Below, in pieces: positions 17,099 through 24,419 of a stretch of 42,135 nucleotides of DNA. A model generated the notes under the pieces. The model had not been told where the DNA came from. It did no database searches and saw nothing but the letters and a program-made list of their open reading frames with translations. The DNA comes from Ilumatobacteraceae bacterium (GTDB taxonomy: Bacteria > Actinomycetota > Acidimicrobiia > Acidimicrobiales > Ilumatobacteraceae). The stretch covers positions 1 to 42,135 of the forward strand of contig JANONE010000188.1 of assembly GCA_031420675.1 (NCBI GenBank), in the 5' to 3' direction. How positions within the stretch are numbered: position 1 is the stretch's first letter; the number at the start of each line of letters is the position of its first letter. A program made the position numbers and the translations under genes.

Positions 17099-17998
17099 TC
17101 ATGACAGGTGCAGGGCGGCGCTGAGTCGCTGGGTGGCCTCCAGGTTGAAGGGCGCCCGCAGCGCGATGTTCACCTGGTCGGCGCCGGCGTCCACGTACTC
17201 GCCGATGCGATCCGTGATCTCGTCATCGCTACCGCTGAGCACACCCGGCCGCACGAAATCGCTGATCGCGCCGAATTGCTGCTGCAGACTCTCCTCGGAG
17301 TAGGCGAGGCCGACGTTGATGGCCCGCTTGATCTCCTTCGGATCGCGGCCGACCGCGGCGCAGTGGTCGTCGAGGATCGCGTTCTTGTGGGCGAACTGGT
17401 CGGGAGCGATGAACGGCACGTTCCACCCGTCGGCGTAGCGGGCAGCGATCTTCAGCGTGCGCTTCTCGCCGCCACCGCCGATCCAGATGGGTAGCTTGGC
17501 CTGCACCGGCGGCGGTTCGTTGCGGGCCTGCGTGAGCGTGAAGTACTGGCCCTCGAAGTCGGTTACGTCATCGTGCAACAGGCCGCGCAGGCACTGGATG
17601 CCTTCCTCGAGCTGATCGAGGCGCGTCTTCGCATCGGGGAACGCGATGCCGAACGCGTCGTACTCCACCTTCGCCCAACCGGCGCCGATGCCCATGTCGG
17701 CGCGGCCGCCACTGAGTTGGTCGATGGCGGTGATCGCCTTGGCCAGCACCGCCGGGTGGCGGTAGCCGATCGAGTACACCAGCGACCCACAGCGCACCTT
17801 GCTGGTGCTGCACGCGAGCGCGGCATGCATGGCGACGGCTTCCAGGCAGGCCGCATCATCGGGTCTGCCGGTGGCGCCGTAGAAGTGATCCCAGACGCTG
17901 ATCCAGCCGAAGCCGAGATCTTCGATCTTGCGCCACACCCCGCGCAACTCGTCGGCGGTGGTGTGCTGCAAGCCGACATGGACTCCGAAGACCGTCAT
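17099..17998 (-). CDS. LLM-class (luciferase-like) flavin/F420-dependent oxidoreductase
   Basis: 299 aa: MTVFGVHVGLQ...EDLGFGWISVWDHF...IGAGW...PIWIGGGGEKRTLKIAARYADGWN. This is the typical LLM pattern. The F420 versus FMN choice cannot be decided by eye. Confidence 0.75.
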   Translation of the reverse strand: MTVFGVHVGLQHTTADELRGVWRKIEDLGFGWISVWDHFYGATGRPDDAACLEAVAMHAALACSTSKVRCGSLVYSIGYRHPAVLAKAITAIDQLSGGRADMGIGAGWAKVEYDAFGIAFPDAKTRLDQLEEGIQCLRGLLHDDVTDFEGQYFTLTQARNEPPPVQAKLPIWIGGGGEKRTLKIAARYADGWNVPFIAPDQFAHKNAILDDHCAAVGRDPKEIKRAINVGLAYSEESLQQQFGAISDFVRPGVLSGSDDEITDRIGEYVDAGADQVNIALRAPFNLEATQRLSAALHLS

Positions 17999-18004
17999 GG
18001 CGCG

Positions 18005-18014
18005 AAGGTAGCCT
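18005..18014. promoter_or_regulatory. back-to-back overlapping -10-like hexamers (minus TACCTT / plus TAGCCT) in a 22-nt divergent spacer
   Basis: The sequence is AAGGTAGCCT. The minus-strand TACCTT (18010->18005) ends exactly 6 nt before ATG 17998. The plus-strand TAGCCT (18009..18014) ends exactly 6 nt before ATG 18021. Confidence 0.45.
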
Positions 18015-18020
18015 GCCCGG

Positions 18021-18899
18021 ATGCCTCGCGCCCTCGTTCAAACCGGTATGGAACTCGAATACGACACGTTCGGTTCCCCCGACGAGCCAGCGTTGTTGCT
18101 CATCATGGGCTTCACCGCCCAGATGACGGCATGGGAGGAAGCGTTCTGCCAGATACTTGCCGATGGTGGCCGCTACGTCATCCGGTTCGACAATCGCGAC
18201 TCCGGTCTGTCCACCAAGCTCCATGGCCAGGTGGCCGATGTGCCCGGCGCGATGGCCGCCGCCTTCGCCGACATGGTGCCACCGCCGCTGCCCTACACGC
18301 TGGGCGACATGGCCGCTGACGCGGTCGGGCTGCTGGATCATCTCGGCATCGAGCGCGCCCACGTGATGGGAGCTTCGATGGGAGGCATGATCGCCCAGAC
18401 CGTGGCGATCAACCATCCCGATCGAGTACGCAGCCTGATCTCGGTGATGAGCCAGCCGGGCGAGCCCGAGGTCGGTCAGCCGGCGCCGGAGGCGGCCGAA
18501 GCCATCTTCGCCCAGCCGCCCACCACCCGCGAGGGATACATCGAGGCCGCGCCGCGGTGGATGGTCTGGCAGTCGAAGAAGTACCGCAACGAGGTTCGCT
18601 CGAAGGAACTGGCTGCTCGCGAGTTCGACCGCTCGTTCTACCCGGAAGGTGCGCCCCGCCAGCTGGCCGCCATCTACGGCAGTGGCCGCCGCACAGCCGC
18701 GCTGCAGGCGCTGGATGTGCCGACGCTGGTGATCCACGGCCGCGACGATCTGCTGATCACGCCCAGCGGAGGTTTCCGTACCGCCGAGCTGATCCCGGGT
18801 GCGCACCTGCTGTTCGTCGCCGACATGGGTCACGACCTGCCCGAGCCGCTGTGGCCGCTGATCACCGATGCCGTGCTCAGCCACACGTCTCGCGCCTGA
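18021..18899 (+). CDS. alpha/beta-fold hydrolase
   Basis: 292 aa with a nucleophile elbow GASMGGMIA, an upstream LIMGF oxyanion region, and a C-terminal MGHDLP histidine. Confidence 0.85.
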   Translation: MPRALVQTGMELEYDTFGSPDEPALLLIMGFTAQMTAWEEAFCQILADGGRYVIRFDNRDSGLSTKLHGQVADVPGAMAAAFADMVPPPLPYTLGDMAADAVGLLDHLGIERAHVMGASMGGMIAQTVAINHPDRVRSLISVMSQPGEPEVGQPAPEAAEAIFAQPPTTREGYIEAAPRWMVWQSKKYRNEVRSKELAAREFDRSFYPEGAPRQLAAIYGSGRRTAALQALDVPTLVIHGRDDLLITPSGGFRTAELIPGAHLLFVADMGHDLPEPLWPLITDAVLSHTSRA

Positions 18900-18937
18900 G
18901 AGTGTGGAACGCTGTGCGGTGTCCGAGGAGGCCGTGA

Positions 18938-19735
18938 ATGCGTGATCTATGGGCTGTTGGTGACGCCTACGAGTCGTATGTCGGGAGGTGGAGCCAACCC
19001 GTCGCGGCCGACTTCCTCGACTGGCTGGAACCTGCGCCTGATCAGCGATGGCTGGACGTTGGTTGTGGAACCGGTGTACTGACACGGCAGGTCGTCGCCC
19101 GCTGCGATCCGCATTCCGTGCTGGGCGTCGATCTTTCGGAAGAGTTCGTCGCCTGGGCGGAATCTCATACCGAGGACCCACGCGTCCGTTTCACCGTCGC
19201 CGACGCGGCGCAACTCCCATCGGGTGTCGCAGATGTCGTCGTGTCCGGATTGGTGCTGAACTTCCTCCCCGATGCGCTCACGGCGCTGGCGTCGATGCGT
19301 GCCGCGGCGCCGACGGGTGCCGTCGCTGCTTACGTGTGGGACTACGCCGGCCGGATGGACCTCATGCGCGTCTTCTGGGACGCTGCCACTGCTCTCGATC
19401 CCGCTGCTGTCAACTTCGACGAAGGCCACCGGTTCCCGATGTGCCGACCGGCCGCGCTCGAGGACCTGTGGCGAGACGCTGGACTCGTCGATGTCACGTC
19501 GACCGCGATCGACGTGCCGACGATCTTCGCCGATTTCGACGACTACTGGACGCCCTTCCTCGGTGGCCAAGGGCCCGCCCCTGGCTACGCAGCGTCGCTG
19601 ACCGACGCTCACCGTCAGGCGCTGCGAGAGTGCATCCAAGCCGAACTCGCTACCGGCCCGGATGGCGCGATCGCCCTTACGGCTCGAGCGTGGGCCGTCC
19701 GCGGCTACTCGCTGCCGCAGCCGCGCCGCATGTAG
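18938..19735 (+). CDS. class I SAM-dependent methyltransferase
   Basis: 265 aa with motif I LDVGCGTGVL and the acidic loop GVDLSEEF. A GAGGAGG SD lies about 8 nt upstream. Confidence 0.85.
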   Translation: MRDLWAVGDAYESYVGRWSQPVAADFLDWLEPAPDQRWLDVGCGTGVLTRQVVARCDPHSVLGVDLSEEFVAWAESHTEDPRVRFTVADAAQLPSGVADVVVSGLVLNFLPDALTALASMRAAAPTGAVAAYVWDYAGRMDLMRVFWDAATALDPAAVNFDEGHRFPMCRPAALEDLWRDAGLVDVTSTAIDVPTIFADFDDYWTPFLGGQGPAPGYAASLTDAHRQALRECIQAELATGPDGAIALTARAWAVRGYSLPQPRRM

Positions 19736-20380
19736 ACGGCCGAGCCGTTCTCGATGAGCAGCCAGTCGAGTTCTCCGGTGACACCACCGACGCGCGTCTC
19801 GGTCGCGACGCCGCACAGGTCGGCCACCTCCTCGATCTGGACCGATTGCGACTCCGGCACTGCGCGAGTGCGAGTGTTGCGGTTCACGGGCCAGAACGCC
19901 GTGTCGAAGTAGGTCGTGCACGTCGCGCTGGCGGCGCCGGCCAGGCATTCGTCGATCAGCGGTTGTGCGGAGCTGCCGTAGTGGGCGCACACCAGATCGA
20001 ACTGCAGTTGGCTGACGCCATCGTTGGCGACCATGCCCAGCCACCACCCATCGGGGGATGACCTCGCCGATCGTGCCGTCGGCGCCGCAACCCGAACCGC
20101 GCACCGGCTCGCTGCCCAGCTGCGGTACCGAACGGAAGCTACCGAACGTCCAGCGCGGCCCTGATGGCGATGTGACCGGCGAAGTCGACGTGGGGGTCGT
20201 CGAGCCGTCGCCCGGCAACGTCGTGGCGGGAGCGATCGGGGCACCTGGAAGCGTGATGCGCGTCGTCGGCGTGGTGACTCCAGGCAGCGGCGTCAGCTCG
20301 CGCCGTGTCACTCCCTTGGAGCTGCACGCCGGCAACGCGGTGGCGATGACTACCAGGAGACCGTACGCAAGGCGGCGCAT
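19705..20380 (-). pseudogene. lipoprotein gene interrupted by a 1-nt frameshift at a C5 (plus-strand G5) run
   Basis: Frame A from ATG 20380 gives MRRLAYGLLVVIATALPACSSKG... (lipobox LPAC, Pro/Thr linker) ...SGCGADGTIGEVIP. Frame B (track ORF 19705..20244) continues plausibly as DGWWLGMVANDGVSQLQFDLVCAHYGSS...WLLIENGSAVYM. The junction is the G5 run at 20053..20057. The total of 676 nt is not a multiple of 3. Beyond the junction frame A becomes Arg-rich junk. Confidence 0.6.
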
Positions 20381-20473
20381 GCACCCGAGCGTATAGCCAC
20401 AGCCATCGCCAGCCCGGTGCCGCTCCTGCCGCCGATGGCGACGCACCACTCCCGTCGTACTAGAACGACATCC

Positions 20474-21631
20474 ATGTCTGGACCGCTCACTGGTTACCGA
20501 ATCATCGAGATCGCCGGCATCGGGCCCGGTCCGTTCGCCGCCATGATGCTGGCCGACATGGGGGCCGAGGTCATCCGGGTGGAGCGCGCACAGGCCGTGC
20601 GCGGCCCCGCTCCCGAGACGGCCCACTGGGACGTGTTGTTGCGCGGTCGCCGCAACGTTGCGCTCGACCTCAAGCACCCCGATGGCGTGGCGACACTCCT
20701 CGAACTGGTGGAGAAGGCCGACGCCCTCATCGAGGGCTTCCGGCCCGGCGTGATGGAGCGGCTCGGTGTCGGCCCGGCCGAGTGCCACGACCGCAACCCC
20801 CGACTGATCTTTGGTCGCATGACCGGCTGGGGCCAGGAGGGTCCCTATGCGCAAGCCGCCGGCCACGACATCAACTACATCTCGCTCGCGGGTGCGCTCG
20901 CCCACTTCGGCCGCGAGGGCGAGGCGCCGGTACCGCCGCTCAACATGGTGGGCGACTTCGGTGGCGGGGGAATGTTCCTCGCGTACGGCGTGGTGTGCGC
21001 ATTGCTGGAGACCCAGCGCAGTGGCCAGGGTCAGGTCGTCGACACAGCGATGGTGGACGGCGCGGCCGCGATGATGAGCATGTTCTGGGCGATGAAGCAG
21101 ATCGGCGTGTTCGACGAGAACCGGCCGGGCAGCAATCTGCTCGACACCGGCGCGCACTTCTACGACGTGTACGAGTGCGCCGACGGCAAGTACGTGTCGC
21201 TCGGCTCGATCGAGCCTCAGTTCTACGCCGAGCTCATGCGTCACACCGGCCTCGACGGCGACGCCGAGTTCGCGCAGCAGATGAGCAAGGAGCAGTGGCC
21301 GCACCTGAAGGGCCGCCTGCGCGCGTTGATGCTCACCAAGACCCGCGAGGAGTGGTGCGCCGAGATGGAGCACACCGACATCTGCTTCGCACCGGTGCTC
21401 ACCATGAGCGAAGCCGCCGCCCACCCGCACAACGTCGCCCGTGGCACGTTCATCGAAGTTGCCGGCACACCGCAGCCGGCGCCCGCGCCAAGGTTCTCGC
21501 GCACGGCTGCTCAGGTCGACTCGCCACCGGCGCATGCCGGCCAGCACTCGCGCGAGGTGCTCGCAGATTGGGGTTTCAGCAGCGAGCGCATCGAGTTGCT
21601 CGTGGCGGGGGGCGCTGTAGCGTCGTCCTGA
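20474..21631 (+). CDS. mcr: family III CoA-transferase (CaiB/BaiF) / alpha-methylacyl-CoA racemase-like
   Basis: 385 aa from MSGPLTGYRIIEIAGIGPGPFAAMMLADMGAEVIRVER. This is very close to the N-terminus of mycobacterial MCR as I recall it. Confidence 0.8.
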   Translation: MSGPLTGYRIIEIAGIGPGPFAAMMLADMGAEVIRVERAQAVRGPAPETAHWDVLLRGRRNVALDLKHPDGVATLLELVEKADALIEGFRPGVMERLGVGPAECHDRNPRLIFGRMTGWGQEGPYAQAAGHDINYISLAGALAHFGREGEAPVPPLNMVGDFGGGGMFLAYGVVCALLETQRSGQGQVVDTAMVDGAAAMMSMFWAMKQIGVFDENRPGSNLLDTGAHFYDVYECADGKYVSLGSIEPQFYAELMRHTGLDGDAEFAQQMSKEQWPHLKGRLRALMLTKTREEWCAEMEHTDICFAPVLTMSEAAAHPHNVARGTFIEVAGTPQPAPAPRFSRTAAQVDSPPAHAGQHSREVLADWGFSSERIELLVAGGAVASS

Positions 21632-22434
21632 TGGGCACCTTGGTCTGTTTTCACGCACATCCCGACGACGAGAGCATCAGCACGGGCGGCACCATGGCCC
21701 GAGCCGTCGCCGAGGGCCATCGCGTCCTACTGGTGGTGGCCACCAACGGCGACCATGGCGAGTCTCCCGACGACCTAGCCGAGGGCGAGACGCTGGTCGA
21801 TCGCCGTCGGTCCGAAACCGCGAAGTCCGCTGAGGTGCTGGGTGTGCACCGGCTCGTGTGGCTGAACTACGCCGACAGCGGCATGACCGGCTGGGAGCAG
21901 AACAACCACGAGCGCTCGTTCGGGCGGGCCCCGATCAACGAAGCCGCCGGAAAGCTGGCTGCGATCCTGCGCCAGGAGGCCGCCGACGTGCTCACCACCT
22001 ACGACTGGCACGGCAACTACGGCCACCCCGATCACATCAAGGTGCACACGGTCGGTCATCGGGCTGCCGAGCTCGCGGGCACGCCGGCCGTCTTCGAATC
22101 GACGATGAACCGCGATGCGATGAAACGATTCCTCGACGCGGCCCGCGAGAACGGTGAGGTGAGCGGGCCCGACGGGGAGGACTGGGACCCCGATGCCCCG
22201 GCCGACGACGGCAACCCGTTCGGTACGCCGGAGAGCGAGCTCACGCACATGGTGGATGTCAGCGCCTACGTCGCCGTCAAGCGTGCCTCCATCCGTTGTC
22301 ACAAGAGCCAGGTCACCGACGCTGGTTTCTTCAGCTCAATGCCCGACGAGCTGTTCGCAATGGCCTTCGGCACCGAGTGGTACATCCGCGCCGGTGCCGA
22401 GCATCCGTTGCGCGAGGGCTGGCTGTTCGAATGA
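21631..22434 (+). CDS. PIG-L/LmbE-family N-acetylglucosaminyl deacetylase (MshB/Mca-like fold)
   Basis: 267 aa from MGTLVCFHAHPDDESISTGG, with the metal motifs AHPDDE and GHPDHIKVH. The ATG at 21631 shares its A with the mcr TGA stop (TGATG). Confidence 0.8.
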   Translation: MGTLVCFHAHPDDESISTGGTMARAVAEGHRVLLVVATNGDHGESPDDLAEGETLVDRRRSETAKSAEVLGVHRLVWLNYADSGMTGWEQNNHERSFGRAPINEAAGKLAAILRQEAADVLTTYDWHGNYGHPDHIKVHTVGHRAAELAGTPAVFESTMNRDAMKRFLDAARENGEVSGPDGEDWDPDAPADDGNPFGTPESELTHMVDVSAYVAVKRASIRCHKSQVTDAGFFSSMPDELFAMAFGTEWYIRAGAEHPLREGWLFE

Positions 22435-22982
22435 CCCGGCTGTACCTGGTGCGCCATGGGCGCGCGGCGGCCGGCTGGAACACCGACCCCGACCCGGGGC
22501 TCGATCCGGTCGGCAGCCACCAGGCCGCCGAGATGACTGCCCGCTTGGCGCCGCATGGTCCCTTCTCGCTGGTTACCAGTCCGCTGCTGCGCTGCCAGGA
22601 AACGGCTGCCGGGTTGGCGAAGGAGTGGGGTGTGACGCCGCGCATCGAGCCCGGTGTCGCCGAGATTCCTTCGCCGGCGGGTGTGTCGCTGGCCGACCGC
22701 CTGGAATGGCTGCGGCCGGCGATGGCCGGCACATGGAGCGCCCTCGGCCCGCGGTACACCGCGTTCCGCGACGGTGTCGCCGCAGCCTTGGCAGCGTTGC
22801 CCGATGACACGGTCGTCACCAGCCACTTCATCGCGATCAACGCCGCGATCGGCGTGGCACTGGGCGACGATCGGCTGGTGATCCGCAGCCTCGACAACTG
22901 CTCCGTGACGGTCATCGACGTGGTTGACGGAATGTTCCAATTCGTTGAAGGTGGTCACGAAGCCGACACCCTGATCCGCTGA
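22431..22982 (+). CDS. histidine phosphatase (phosphoglycerate-mutase-like) family protein
   Basis: 183 aa from MTRLYLVRHGRAA (RHG motif), with a later TSHFIAINA histidine. The start forms an ATGA overlap with the PIG-L stop. Confidence 0.8.
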   Translation: MTRLYLVRHGRAAAGWNTDPDPGLDPVGSHQAAEMTARLAPHGPFSLVTSPLLRCQETAAGLAKEWGVTPRIEPGVAEIPSPAGVSLADRLEWLRPAMAGTWSALGPRYTAFRDGVAAALAALPDDTVVTSHFIAINAAIGVALGDDRLVIRSLDNCSVTVIDVVDGMFQFVEGGHEADTLIR

Positions 22983-23011
22983 ACGGCGTTTCCGCTGGCA
23001 GACTTCCGCCT

Positions 23012-23713
23012 ATGACGTCACGTCGAGTGCTTGTGGTCAGCGTGTGTGCGGTGGCGTTGCTGGCTGCGGGTTGCAGCGACGAGAGCAGCAGCCCGGGCAC
23101 CACCACGACCACGGCCGCCCCGACGGCCACGGTCGCCGAGACGACCACCACCGTGGCCGCCACCACTACCGCGCCGGCGACCAGCACCACCACGTCGACA
23201 CCCGCGAGCACGACCACCACGATCAAGGTGGTCATCGGTCTGGCCTTGTCGCCGACGGGTTTGGGCGATGCACTGTTCGATGCCGACGCCGACGGTGTGG
23301 TGGAGTACGTCAACTCCATCCTCGGAATCCCCACCACCGACTCCGGCTGGATCGATCCGGTCGCGACCGGCGCGGTATGCCCCGGAAACGAAGTCCGCTT
23401 CGTCGACTGGAAAGACCTCTCGCTCTTCTTCACCGATGACGGTTCCGGCGTGCGCCACTTCGCTTCCTTCACCTATGGCAAAGCCTTCGGTTCGACAATC
23501 GCCCCGTACGGACTCGCCACCGACGCGGGCGTCGGTGTCGGCTCCACAGTCGCGTCACTTCGGGCCGCCTACCCTGCTGCCGCGGTGAACCCCGATGATG
23601 GGTTCACCGGACCCAATTTCCAGATTGAGGACGGGCTCTACGGATTCCTCACCGGCGCCGACGACACCGACACGATCATCTCGTTCGTGGGCGGTTTCGG
23701 GTGCGGCGAGTAG
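23012..23713 (+). CDS. secreted lipoprotein with poly-Thr/Ala/Pro linker, unknown function
   Basis: 233 aa: MTSRRVLVVSVCAVALLAAGCSDE, then a roughly 55-aa Thr-rich linker, then a globular domain ending in GGFGCGE. Confidence 0.7.
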   Translation: MTSRRVLVVSVCAVALLAAGCSDESSSPGTTTTTAAPTATVAETTTTVAATTTAPATSTTTSTPASTTTTIKVVIGLALSPTGLGDALFDADADGVVEYVNSILGIPTTDSGWIDPVATGAVCPGNEVRFVDWKDLSLFFTDDGSGVRHFASFTYGKAFGSTIAPYGLATDAGVGVGSTVASLRAAYPAAAVNPDDGFTGPNFQIEDGLYGFLTGADDTDTIISFVGGFGCGE

Positions 23714-23716
23714 ATT
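23711..23716 (+). promoter_or_regulatory. -10-like TAGATT, 7 nt upstream of ATG 23724 (leaderless); overlaps the upstream stop codon
   Basis: TAGATT lies at 23711..23716. Its TAG is the stop of the lipoprotein gene. CGTCCGA follows, then the ATG. Confidence 0.3.
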
Positions 23717-23723
23717 CGTCCGA

Positions 23724-24110
23724 ATGCTCGCCAACGGCCTCGCAACGGTCAACGACATCCATCAGGGCTGGACCTGGGTGGTCATCATCGGCAACGGACT
23801 GGCCGGCTGCTGGTCGCTCGCTGCGAACTGGCTTCCGGCGCTGCGTACGCGAGCGCTCTGGTGGTTCATCGGTGGTGCTGAAGTCGCCGTGTTCGTCCAG
23901 GTCGTCCTCGGGACGCTGTTGGTGAGCAAGTACAAGGTGCCGCTCCCGCAGTTCCACGCCTTCTACGGGTTCGTCGCGATCATCGCCATCGCCATCATCT
24001 ACAGCTACCGATTCCAGATGAAGCACCGGCTGTACATGCTCTACGGCTTCGGCAGCCTGTTCGTGATGGGCCTCGGCATCCGCGCCATGCTCGTCGCCGC
24101 CACAGTGTGA
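23724..24110 (+). CDS. hypothetical integral membrane protein (about 4 TM helices)
   Basis: 128 aa from MLANGLATVNDIHQGWTWVVIIGNGLAGCW... within track ORF 23595..24110. It is hydrophobic throughout. Confidence 0.6.
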   Translation: MLANGLATVNDIHQGWTWVVIIGNGLAGCWSLAANWLPALRTRALWWFIGGAEVAVFVQVVLGTLLVSKYKVPLPQFHAFYGFVAIIAIAIIYSYRFQMKHRLYMLYGFGSLFVMGLGIRAMLVAATV

Positions 24111-24211
24111 ACCGACATTCGCAGGCGTGTGCGATGTGCACGTACCCCGATCCGAGGCTTCCGTTACAGGTCCGAGGGCCTCGCTGCCGGCCCGAGTGTG
24201 CCCGGTCCATT

Positions 24212-24262
24212 CGAGTAGGTACTCGCGTCCCGGGGTGCGAGTACCTACTCGGAGTCCCGGGG
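24212..24262. repeat. twin palindromes CGAGTA-NN-TACTCG, each followed by GTCCCGGGG; together a perfect 15-bp-stem hairpin
   Basis: CGAGTAGGTACTCGC (24212..24226) and GCGAGTACCTACTCG (24237..24251) are exact reverse complements, with a 10-nt loop between them. Each arm is itself a palindrome apart from its central GG/CC. GTCCCGGGG is repeated at 24227..24235 and 24254..24262. Confidence 0.85.
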
Positions 24263-24419
24263 AATCTGTGGGCAGCGAGCCGCACACCCGACAGCGTCGA
24301 ACCGGTGCCGGCCGTTCGTTCGCACGGGTGCGAGACGTACATCACGGCCGCCGTGACCACGGTCTCTTGCACTCGGCCGCAGCCTTGCGGATGGGACGTG
24401 CAGTTGCTCGGTGGGGCCG

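Noticed and set aside
18947-21658. 903-aa minus-strand ORF
   Set aside because: It is a composite artefact. Only the segment 20380 down to about 20054 (signal peptide and linker of the lipoprotein) looks coding. The rest lies antisense to the mcr and methyltransferase genes and is Arg-rich.
12328-24419. Reading the middle block as a genomic island
   Set aside because: There is no integrase, transposase, tRNA or direct-repeat boundary. I see no obvious drop in GC inside the genes. The contents are ordinary metabolic and envelope genes.
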